Of a stretch of DNA of 32,000 nt, positions 9,032 through 17,838 are shown piece by piece. Both the position numbers and the translations under genes were made by a program. Positions within the stretch are counted from its first letter, which is position 1. Each line of letters begins with the position of its first letter. The notes under the pieces were generated by a model. That model was not told where the DNA came from and did no database searches. It worked only from the letters and a program-made list of their open reading frames with translations. This stretch comes from Candidatus Harpocratesius repetitus (lineage in GTDB: Archaea; Asgardarchaeota; Lokiarchaeia; Sigyniarchaeales; Promethearchaeaceae), in assembly GCA_021498095.1 (NCBI GenBank), contig JAIZWK010000001.1, positions 1,620,001-1,652,000 of the forward strand, given 5' to 3'.

Positions 9032-10540
9032 ATGATTTTGAATTTATTTGACCCTTTTTTCAACCAAAATTTCAAATTTTCTAAAAACCTTTTTATTTCA
9101 ATGGAAAATAATAGGAATAATAATATTCCAAATTTATCTCCTAAATTAGGAAAAAAAGAGTCATATTTTACCTCTGATTTTAAGGTAATGCTTCAAATTG
9201 TCTTTTGGAATGGATTAGGCATGTTTTACATGGAATTTTTACTTCCATATATTGCTACCATCGTGCTGAACTCCGGAGGTATTGAAATTGGCATATTTGT
9301 CTCAATACAAATTGTTGGATATCTTATTTCAACCATGACAGCAGGAATATTGACCGATCGCTCCTCAAAAACCCGTCTTATTCTTATTGGATCATTTGGT
9401 CGCGGAATATCTTATCTTTTCTTTTATATTGCGATTCTCACTAAGACACTTTGGATTATTGGAATTTCTACATTTATTTTAGGAATTGGCGCAGGTTTTT
9501 TTTGGGTTCCGTTTAATACCATGGTTGCTGAGAAATCATCACCCGATATTCGAAGTCAAGCCTATGGACGTCGAAGTTCTGCATTAGGGTTTGGGATCAT
9601 GGTAGGTTCAACCATTGGCTTCTTTATTTTTATAGAATGTATCCATACAAATATATCTGTTGCTCTAATATATTCACCCTTAATTCTTTTTGCTGTTGCC
9701 AATTTTTACGCCGGTTTCCAATTTCTCTTTAAAGTTGATGAAAATTTAAAATATAAACCCCCAGATTCTAATACGCTTCTATATTCTTTCTCTAATTCTT
9801 TTTCTACTTCCGATTCTTCTTCCACTTCTTCTGATTCTTCATTTTCTTCCTCGAATAATACTGCAATTGATTTAGAAATGAATGTTACTAATAATTCTCC
9901 TAAAAATTCAAAAGAATCTTGGAGTTCAGGTTTAAAGATTGGAATAGCTTTTCTCATGATTGTATTAATTCTTGAATCGATTAACGGGACAATTACTGCT
10001 CCATATATGCAAATTTTCCTTCTTAATAATGTTAGCCCAGATCCAAATGTAGTATTAATGATTTACATACCTGGTGGCATCGTTCAAATGCTTTTAGCTT
10101 CAAAAATTGGTGCTTTAGCCGATCACTTCAATCCAAAATTAAGTCTCACCATTTCGAGTTCATTTGGTGCGATTATTACATATTTTCTAGTAAATACAAG
10201 TAATCCTTGGATCGTAGCAATTTTATGGTGCTTAGATAACACTGTAGTATCGTTGGGATTTTTCACGGTTCAAAATCTGTTATCTCGAAGCACTTTTCAA
10301 TACCGTGGTAAAATCTTCGGTTCACAAGAAACAATTACCAATATCGGAGGAATTATCGGACCTTTAATTGGTGGTTTTGCATGGGATCATTTAGGGATGA
10401 AATCTCCTTTTTATATTTCTGTAATTTTTGAAATTTCACTAATTCCATTTTATTTACTTGCAATTCACTGGTTAGTTCCTCACTTAAAAGAAAAAACAAG
10501 CAAAGAACTTGAATCTCCAGATAATTCGCTTGCTTCTTAG
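9032..10540 (+). CDS. Major facilitator superfamily transporter
   Basis: MFS motif A twice (GILTDRSSKTR, GALADHFNPK), about 12 hydrophobic segments and a Ser-rich central loop. The true start may be the ATG near 9101. Confidence 0.88.
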   Translation: MILNLFDPFFNQNFKFSKNLFISMENNRNNNIPNLSPKLGKKESYFTSDFKVMLQIVFWNGLGMFYMEFLLPYIATIVLNSGGIEIGIFVSIQIVGYLISTMTAGILTDRSSKTRLILIGSFGRGISYLFFYIAILTKTLWIIGISTFILGIGAGFFWVPFNTMVAEKSSPDIRSQAYGRRSSALGFGIMVGSTIGFFIFIECIHTNISVALIYSPLILFAVANFYAGFQFLFKVDENLKYKPPDSNTLLYSFSNSFSTSDSSSTSSDSSFSSSNNTAIDLEMNVTNNSPKNSKESWSSGLKIGIAFLMIVLILESINGTITAPYMQIFLLNNVSPDPNVVLMIYIPGGIVQMLLASKIGALADHFNPKLSLTISSSFGAIITYFLVNTSNPWIVAILWCLDNTVVSLGFFTVQNLLSRSTFQYRGKIFGSQETITNIGGIIGPLIGGFAWDHLGMKSPFYISVIFEISLIPFYLLAIHWLVPHLKEKTSKELESPDNSLAS

Positions 10541-10691
10541 TTTAAAAACTTGATTTATCGATTTAGTTAAAAATCCTCTTTCTTTAAATAAAAAATATAT
10601 TATAATGGATGCTTCGCTTGATGTTAGAAAAATTCAAATTTATCTTTGAAGAAAGACTTTTAAGCGGTTTAAATTAAAAAAAAAAAGATTT

Positions 10692-10793
10692 TAGACCCGG
10701 GGAGATTCGAACTCCCGAAAACTGATTCCGCAAACCAGCGCCAATCGAAAAGATAACTACGATATATCTTATGTCCTGGCTAGACTACGGGTC
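10692..10793 (-). tRNA. tRNA-Arg (anticodon GCG) with an insertion in the D-arm; CCA not encoded
   Basis: Acceptor stem AGACCCG/CGGGTCT plus discriminator A. T-arm GGGAG-TTCGAAT-CTCCC. Anticodon arm CTGGT-TTGCGGA-ATCAG. D-loop has G18G19A20 (A20 is the usual Arg identity base). Length is 102 nt, giving 75 nt after removing 27 nt. Confidence 0.9.
10744..10770 (-). other. Putative non-canonical tRNA intron at about position 21/22 (TAAGATATATCGTAGTTATCTTTCGAT)
   Basis: Removal restores a normal cloverleaf. The insert has an internal hairpin AAGATA/TATCTT. Boundaries are uncertain by 1-2 nt. Confidence 0.7.
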
Positions 10794-11008
10794 TTGAAGT
10801 GAAAATGTGAACTTATAGTTTATTACTGAAAATTTATTGCTCCTAAGATCAAATAATAAAAGTTCAATAAAAAATTTTTTGCTTACCATAAAGGAAAAGA
10901 TCCAAATAATCGTAATAATCAATTTGAGATTGATGTTAATAGAGGATTCACATTCTACCGATTGAAGTATTAGAAAAGCTTGAGTCACTTCTTAAGACAG
11001 TTATAGAA

Positions 11009-12058
11009 GTGTTTTTTTCGAGCGATTTGGATTATTTTAAGAATTGGATATGGCGACAATCCGATATGACTTTTTTAAATGAGAAATTCTTCTTGCCCAT
11101 AGATTACAGCGTTCCCGATTTAAACACCTTGCTTTTGGGGCTGGATGCGGGTTTTGTAATCAAGCTGAAAATAATCTACGATATGTATTTGGAAGATGAA
11201 ATCGGGAACAAATACATAACAACGCTGAAGCTGGACAGTCCGTTCGAACGGGATATAGCGGAAATCCTTGAACGAATCGCACCGTTTATTAAAAAGATTT
11301 TCGGATCCGAGACCTTTAGAAAATTAATATCAAAAACGAAATCGAAATGCAATGATATCGGCCAAAGAACCCTTGATATAAGCATGCAGTTTAAAAATAG
11401 TCTTCTCGGATGGCTTTTCGAGTGCTTGGGTTACAAAGAAAAGGACGCTTGGGGGGGAATATATGGATCCGAAAAGCAAGAATCGCTACTGATCTTTCTG
11501 AAGCACGGTTTAACCCCGGTATACATTTCATTAAATGATAAAGTGGATAATTATTACCGCGACCAGCAAGAAAATGGAGATTCCATTGGCTGGAAAGCGC
11601 CGTTATTGAGTCAAGGTCAGCTATCAGTATTTGTAGATGTCTTAAAAAAGGGCTTTGAAGCAGGGCTATCCGAGATACAAACTCTATATTATGCAGGATC
11701 GTCTAAGGAAATCACGATCGATGGTATATCAATGGAGTTCTGGCAATATTTAGGATTTAAAGATCAAAATCAAGGAAAAGAATTCATGAAATGGTTCGGA
11801 TTGGCTCCTGAAAACCATTTAGAAGATCCTTCCACTATCTTCGACGATCACGGATTGCCCAAAGCGGGTGTGTTTTTCGACGCCAACAGAAAGCCTTTGC
11901 AGGATAGTGCAGGCCACCCGATATTTCTGGTAACCGACAAAGTCGACATGGTTCAGTGGTGGTGGAACTACCTCCATCTAAACCAAGAGCTTTTGCCGAG
12001 CGGGGCGGAGAATATCGGTCATTTTTGGATAAACGCTCCGAAGGTGGAGCCTGACTGA
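11009..12058 (+). CDS. Hypothetical protein, possibly a 5'-truncated fragment
   Basis: 349-aa ORF from GTG. The frame stays open upstream to 10943 with no ATG/GTG/TTG. No family recognised. Confidence 0.65.
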   Translation: MFFSSDLDYFKNWIWRQSDMTFLNEKFFLPIDYSVPDLNTLLLGLDAGFVIKLKIIYDMYLEDEIGNKYITTLKLDSPFERDIAEILERIAPFIKKIFGSETFRKLISKTKSKCNDIGQRTLDISMQFKNSLLGWLFECLGYKEKDAWGGIYGSEKQESLLIFLKHGLTPVYISLNDKVDNYYRDQQENGDSIGWKAPLLSQGQLSVFVDVLKKGFEAGLSEIQTLYYAGSSKEITIDGISMEFWQYLGFKDQNQGKEFMKWFGLAPENHLEDPSTIFDDHGLPKAGVFFDANRKPLQDSAGHPIFLVTDKVDMVQWWWNYLHLNQELLPSGAENIGHFWINAPKVEPD

Positions 12059-12086
12059 AAATGAGGAATGATAAATGAGGAATGAT
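12059..12086 (+). repeat. Perfect 14-bp tandem duplication AAATGAGGAATGAT x2
   Basis: Read directly, immediately after the stop codon of the 11009 ORF. Confidence 0.9.
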
Positions 12087-12257
12087 GGTGAAAGAAGTAA
12101 AAACGATTGGAAACTCCGTGGCTTTAAAGGAGCGAACAATTCGAAATATTTTTTTTAATATTCAGCAAGATAATATTAATAGCGAACTGCGAGTAAAAAA
12201 AAATGGTTAAAAAAATCGAAAAATTCAAAAATAAAAAACCGAAGGAGTTAGCTTGAA

Positions 12258-13358
12258 GTGTATAATAAACCGAATGTGCCGGATTGGCCGAGTAGGCCGA
12301 AAAAACCGGAGTGGCCGGAATATAAGCCGGTAAAAGTTAATCCTAACAAGAGTTCCGACCGCATGAGTTTTCGGCCAAGCCGTGGTTGTGGTTTTCCGCC
12401 TCCTCCCTACGATGATCTTTCAGATGAACAAGCGGGTTTTCTGCAGTATCTGAGGTTGGTGTGGGAAGATCCCGAAAACGCCTACGATCCAGATGATTTG
12501 CCATTTCTTAAAGTATCCGGTCCTTTCGATTCTAAAACGAAGAGAATTAGATACCTATCAACACTAGAGTTCGTGGGTTTGCATCGTGAGCCTTCGGTGG
12601 AGCTGGACGATCTTTTGGCACAGATTCCCGATATTTTTCCCGAGTTGGAGCATATTTTTTACGAGGATCAGTTTTCTACAGAAATTCCCGAATTCATCTG
12701 CCAATTACCCAATTTGAAAACTGCAACTTTAATTATCTACAATCTTTCGGAAATACCGCTAGAATTTTTCACGCAACATCCAAAATTAATGACCATCTCA
12801 TTATATGCGCCTAAAATTACCGAGATCCCCGATATTTTCGGCTTGCTCCGCAACTTTCGTTTTTTAACTCTTTACAACTCTAAATCGCTGAAAAAGCTTC
12901 CTGACAGCCTTTTCGAGGCCCCCAATTTAAAAACAATTGAAATTTATCCACCGACCGGCATCTTTCTCTCGCTGTGGCAATGGAAGAGGGTCGAGGAGAA
13001 AGAAATCAAATTTTTCTATGGACGGAGTTCAAATGTTTGGAGCGAACTCCGATTTTGGTGTATTATCAAAGCAGAATTCAGGAAAGATCCTTCGGATGAA
13101 AAAATAAGGGCTCCTTTAATGTCGGTTTCCGATCTTTTTCACGGCGTAAGTCATTCCACTTACTTAACATATTATGAAATTTGGTGGGAATACATGTTCG
13201 ACCCGTTCCGACTTGTTCCTGACAGGGAAGTGATTAAAAGAATGGCGGTGGAGCGCGATTTGAAAGCGAATAGGCGAATCGACGAGGAATTTTTTAAGTA
13301 CTTGGAAAGGGATAGAAATTCCACCATGATAAGGTATTTAGAAAAATTGAAAGAATAA
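12258..13358 (+). CDS. Leucine-rich-repeat-like protein with Pro-rich N-terminus
   Basis: Repeats such as EIPEFICQLPNLKTATL, EIPDIFGLLRNFRFLTL and KLPDSLFEAPNLKTIEI. GAAGGAG Shine-Dalgarno-like site at 12241-12247 before the GTG. Confidence 0.75.
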   Translation: MYNKPNVPDWPSRPKKPEWPEYKPVKVNPNKSSDRMSFRPSRGCGFPPPPYDDLSDEQAGFLQYLRLVWEDPENAYDPDDLPFLKVSGPFDSKTKRIRYLSTLEFVGLHREPSVELDDLLAQIPDIFPELEHIFYEDQFSTEIPEFICQLPNLKTATLIIYNLSEIPLEFFTQHPKLMTISLYAPKITEIPDIFGLLRNFRFLTLYNSKSLKKLPDSLFEAPNLKTIEIYPPTGIFLSLWQWKRVEEKEIKFFYGRSSNVWSELRFWCIIKAEFRKDPSDEKIRAPLMSVSDLFHGVSHSTYLTYYEIWWEYMFDPFRLVPDREVIKRMAVERDLKANRRIDEEFFKYLERDRNSTMIRYLEKLKE

Positions 13359-14448
13359 TGATGAATTTCTAATTCGAAGGATCAATTCTCTCATTTCTTT
13401 TTTTTCTATTGCTCATTTTTAATCTCTATCTATAAAAATATTAAAAAAAATTAATGGAGTTGCTTTAAAAGAAATTGTTGTTGAATTGATACTTAAAATA
13501 ATAGTTATTCAAATAATTGGATTAATTTTTGAAAATACTGAATGTTCTGGCTCATAAAAATGTAAAAGAACTAGTACAAATAGATTTTAAATGTATCTTT
13601 TTAAACAATTTGTATTAGAGACTCTAGCAATTTTTTTTATCTTAATCAAATTCTATCTTTTGAGCCAATATTTTCGACAATACTCCCACGCATCCAATTA
13701 CTATTTGAGTCGGCATCTTTAAAACATTAAATGCGGTTAAGAATTTCACATTTCCATCATTTTTCTTTGAATTATTGACTTATTTATATGTATTTTTTAT
13801 AAACGATGTTTCGACAAAATTATAATTGGGATAGATTTGGGGATTGTGGATAATTTATACAAGATTTTTGGATTTCCTTCAAATTTTCGAATTCTGCTAT
13901 AACCTCATTAGTTGAAGACAATTTTGAAAGAGAATAATTTTTACAATTAAATAATAGAATTAGAAAAAATAAAAAATCAGCAAAGATTCTTTAGAGAAAT
14001 TTTTTAAACAAATGTAAATCTTCATTTGTCTTTAATTTGGATTACTATAAGCAACAACATGGAAATATGGTATAATAAAATTCCAGTTGTATCATCAGAT
14101 TTTGATTTCGTGCGAAGCGCAGAAATAGTAAATAGTATAATGGGAATAATAGTCATGGGTTTAATATTTCATCTTTAACGAACTGAATTTTACAAGATGA
14201 TCTAGCCATTAGTTGATCGATCGAAGGAACATTTAACTAAAAATAACATTTTGTTTCAAATTTCTTCTTTAAGATCTTTAATAAACTATGAAAATGACAT
14301 ATAATATGACTGATCTAACAATTTTCTAATTGATCTATATTAATTTTGAATAACATTAAAATATATGATGATTTGTAGTTAGGAAAATCTTATTTTATAA
14401 AAATTATGCATTGGATTTTTAAACTTCAAATTTGAATATGAATATTAT

Positions 14449-16182
14449 ATGAATAGTATAGAAGAAGTCCCAATTATTGTAAAATTACGACAACAACTAA
14501 TTAAATGGATAACCTATGTTGTTTTTGTGTTATCTTTCGCATTTTTTGTTGTTGGAATATTTAATCCTGGAAATTATAGTTTTGGAGCTTTACTCCAATT
14601 TATTTTTATAAGTATGACCCTCATTTTGAATTTATTAAAAAAATACAGTTTAGCTTCAAGTTTTTTTGTCATCTTCTCTACAATTGTATTAATTCTTCAA
14701 TCTTATATCCAGAATTCAGCAATGGTCTTTTGTAGTATAGGGCTTGTTCTAATTCTTTCAAGTCTTTTAAAAGATTTTTGGTTTACAACAATTTCTTTTA
14801 TAATATCCATATTGTCTTTAGTGATTTTTATTTTTTTAGGTGTTTTTACAATTTCACAAACATTAGCTCCCAGTTCAAACGTACCTTTAGCGAACAACAT
14901 TCAGATTGCATTTCCAGTAATTTTAGTTTCTTATATCTATTCTTTTATCAATACTCGATTTATAATTCACAGTATTGCAAAATTGCATGAGAAAAATAAA
15001 AAGATTCAAGAAACCCAAGAATTATTAATTTCTCAAGCAAGAACTGAATCGATCCAACTAATGGCTGGGGGATTTGCTCATGATTTTAATAATCTTTTAA
15101 CAGGGATTATGGGAAATCTAAGCCTTGCCATATCTGATAAGAATTTAAGTGAAACCACTCATGCATGTTTAGAAGATGCTCAACAAGCTTCAATTCAGAT
15201 GCGTAATTTGGTTCTACAGTTGTTAACTTTCTCAAAAAATCACAAAATATCTATATCTAAAAACAACGATTTTAGAAAATTGCTTAAAAATACTATAAAA
15301 ATAAGTTTAACCGGGAGAAAATCAAAAGAAATAGTTAAAATCGAACCTGATCTTCTAGAATTTGATGGAGATCCTGTACAAATTGGGCAAGTTATTCAAA
15401 ATTTCTTGATAAATGCAGATCAATCTATGGATTCTGGAGGAACGGTAGAAATAATCGCAGAAAATCATAGATTGACAGAATAGAATAAATATAATTTGAA
15501 ATCAGGGGATTATATCTTCCTAAAAGTAATAGATAAAGGAAAAGGTATAAAAAAAGAAGATTATAATCAAATATTTAAGCCATTTTTTACTACAAAAAAA
15601 AGTGGAACGGGATTAGGATTAGCTATTTCTAAAATTATTATTGAAAATCACAATGGATATTTAGGCTTTGAATCTAAACTTGACGTAGGGACTACATTCT
15701 ATTTTCTTATTCCTGGAAATCCTAGTCATGTTACCAAAAAAATAGAAGCATCAGAAAAAAAATTAAATGGAAAGAGATATTCCGCGTTGGGAATAATTTT
15801 AGATGACAATCGAAATATCTTGAATGTGCTAGAAAATTTACTTTTAAGCTTAGGAATAGAAACGATAGGAGTATCAGAAAGTACAAGTTTCATAAATACT
15901 CTTGAGAATATGAAAAAGAAGAAAGAATCTCCTGATTTTATTATTTTAGATTTAACTATGCCTGGAGATCAAGGTGCAAAAGAATTAATATTAAAAGTTA
16001 GAGAGATTTCTCCTGAAAGTTATATTATTATATCAAGTGGTTATTCAGATGATTTTGTAATACAGAATTATTCTGATTTTGGATTTGATAATTTCCTTAG
16101 AAAACCCTTCGACAAACAAGAACTAATAAAGGTATTGGATGATTGGTATGAAAAGAAAAGAAAAGAAAAAAAGCCTTATTGA
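14449..16182 (+). pseudogene. Membrane hybrid histidine kinase-receiver interrupted by one in-frame TAG at 15481-15483
   Basis: ORFs 14449-15483 and 15496-16182 are in the same frame. H-box AGGFAHDFNNLL and N-box QVIQNFLINA precede the stop. G1 DKGKGI, F-box FKPFFTTK, G2 GTGLGL and receiver (ILDDN, LDLTMPG, SSGYS, LRKPF) follow it. Confidence 0.8.
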
Positions 16183-16317
16183 TTGAATTAATGAAAATTT
16201 ATGGAAGTTCTCTATAATCTTTACTTCTTTATCCATAATTTGGAAATCATTCTTCCTTTTTTTACAAATTAAATCTCCAAATAATATCCTTCGATAGTAC
16301 AATTGTAAATGTTATTC

Positions 16318-16740
16318 TCATTTGATTATTCGAGCAATTCTAGAGAGTGGATGACCTTTTGCATGCATTGTAAATTCAGAAAACCATCCAAAGGGCATAC
16401 GAAAAACTTCATATCCCTTACTCGCTAATAAATCTTCAATTTTCTTAAGAGCATCAAAGGCAAAATCCAATGCACTTAATTCTCCAAATAAATGAGCAAA
16501 AGGAATCAACACAAATGTGTTAACTTTGAGTTGCATGACTATTTTTTCGATTTCAGAAAGAAATTTAGAAAAAATGTTTTCATCCACTTCATCTGCTTTT
16601 TCTGAAGCAATAAAGAGCACAAGTGCATTTTCAACTTTAGCCGTTTTATTCTTTTCAGTCAGTTCTTCCAGAATTTTGGAACGGCCTTTCTTCGTGACAG
16701 TATAACTAAATGAATTTACATGAAATGATAAGAATCGCAT
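16318..16740 (-). CDS. Free-standing archaeal threonyl-tRNA synthetase editing domain
   Basis: MRFLSFHV, ENALVLF..E..D, IPFAHL...LS, R.PFGW and KGHPLS match the archaeal ThrRS N-terminal (DTD-like) editing domain. 140 aa with no catalytic domain. Confidence 0.85.
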   Translation of the reverse strand: MRFLSFHVNSFSYTVTKKGRSKILEELTEKNKTAKVENALVLFIASEKADEVDENIFSKFLSEIEKIVMQLKVNTFVLIPFAHLFGELSALDFAFDALKKIEDLLASKGYEVFRMPFGWFSEFTMHAKGHPLSRIARIIK

Positions 16741-16875
16741 ATTAAATCAATTTAATATTAATTTCATAATAAATGAATCTCTTAAAATCCAAATTCAAAA
16801 TTAAAGCAATATTTAAAGTGTCAAAAGTTGCAGATATTTTTTTTTCCCAATATATAATCTATATTCTCATATTTT

Positions 16876-17352
16876 TTATCGATGATCATTAATTTTTCTG
16901 TATTTCTTCTCAGTGATATTTTTCTTCTCTCTGAAGTATTTATTAATTTTAAACAAATCATTCGATTTGATAAAATCCAATTTGTAATAGATATAAAATA
17001 GATCGATTAATTGGATTGCCCTTACATGATAAGACTGCAAAAGTTTCAACAAAGGTTTATCTTCACTCACAATTGTCATTTCTTTTGTGGGACTACTATT
17101 GCTAAAAATCTCAGAATCTGCTTGATCAAATCCGAGATCTAATGCATATTGATATAACCTGTTATTTTTAATTGGTAGAATAGTTGTGGCATCAAAATTA
17201 CAAGATGATATCTCAAAATGTTCCAATTCCCTTTTTACTTCATGGGTAATATAAATCCTGGACCATTTATGAAGGAAATCTATGTTAATTAACTTTTCTT
17301 CAGAAAGTAATCCAATTTTTTTCCAAGAGAAAGTATCTATTAAAAGATTCAT
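16876..17352 (-). CDS. PIN-domain protein (VapC/DUF3368-like toxin)
   Basis: LLIDT, IYITHEVKREL, D.ADSE and IVSEDKPL supply the PIN acidic residues. Confidence 0.75.
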   Translation of the reverse strand: MNLLIDTFSWKKIGLLSEEKLINIDFLHKWSRIYITHEVKRELEHFEISSCNFDATTILPIKNNRLYQYALDLGFDQADSEIFSNSSPTKEMTIVSEDKPLLKLLQSYHVRAIQLIDLFYIYYKLDFIKSNDLFKINKYFREKKNITEKKYRKINDHR

Positions 17353-17384
17353 ATGTACTTATAGTAGGCATAAACTTAAAATAT

Positions 17385-17405
17385 TAGAGTACTTTAAGTA
17401 CTCTA
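17385..17405. promoter_or_regulatory. Perfect 10-bp inverted repeat TAGAGTACTT-T-AAGTACTCTA, candidate operator
   Basis: Read directly in the 58-bp gap between the divergent PIN and RHH genes. Operator function is inferred. Confidence 0.65.
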
Positions 17406-17410
17406 TTATT

Positions 17411-17731
17411 ATGTATCAGATTAACATTCGAGTGAACAAAGAAATCAATGATTTACTTGAATATCTTGCCAAAAAAAAGAACATCTCAAAAGCAGTCTGC
17501 ACAAAACAAATCTTAATTGATCAGCTAACCGATAAAGTTCTACCTATTTTGTTGGATGAATATCGTAAAGGAAAAATCGGATTGAAAAAAATCCTAAAAC
17601 TCACATCTCTAACTCCTGATAAACTGCTGGATATTATTGTAGAACAAAATATTGACCCACCAATAGATCCAAGTCTTGATGATTATACAGAAGAGATTGC
17701 ACAACAATTAATTGCTGAAGAAAAGAAATGA
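17411..17731 (+). CDS. RHH / UPF0175-like antitoxin
   Basis: From ATG 17411: YQINIRVNKEINDLLEYLAKKKNISKA (ribbon-helix-helix), then YRKGKIGLKK...L.L (UPF0175-like YxxGKIS motif). The track start at 17282 overlaps the PIN gene and is unlikely. Confidence 0.75.
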   Translation: MYQINIRVNKEINDLLEYLAKKKNISKAVCTKQILIDQLTDKVLPILLDEYRKGKIGLKKILKLTSLTPDKLLDIIVEQNIDPPIDPSLDDYTEEIAQQLIAEEKK

Positions 17732-17759
17732 CTCAGATCCAATAATTTGAACATTTTGT

Positions 17760-17789
17760 GTGAATTTACGTGAATTTGCGTGAATAAGT
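17760..17789 (+). repeat. Three 10-bp-period direct repeats GTGAATTTAC / GTGAATTTGC / GTGAATAAGT
   Basis: Read directly upstream of the deacetylase gene. Confidence 0.7.
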
Positions 17790-17838
17790 GTAAATTAATT
17801 TATAATCAAAATGGCAAGATGGAATTAAATAGGCTAAG

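Larger units (their letters stand above)
10943..13358 (+). other. GC-richer, probably horizontally acquired two-ORF cassette beside the tRNA
   Basis: Spot counts of 60-nt lines: 31/60 GC at 11881, 27/60 at 12301 and 32/60 at 12361, against 19/60 at 4081, 16/60 at 14521 and 19/60 at 20041. Many CCG/GCG/ACG/TCG codons. No integrase or att repeat seen. Confidence 0.6.

Noticed and set aside
12059-12086. CRISPR array
   Set aside because: Only two abutting 14-bp copies with no spacers and no cas genes. The 17760 repeats are likewise too short.
10794-14440. tRNA-targeted integrated element with att repeats
   Set aside because: No duplicated tRNA segment and no integrase seen. The cassette lies on the 5' side of the tRNA, whereas integrations usually sit at the 3' side.
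17282-17410. ORF-track N-terminal extension of the antitoxin
   Set aside because: It overlaps the PIN gene on the opposite strand and covers the palindrome. The RHH pattern starts at ATG 17411.
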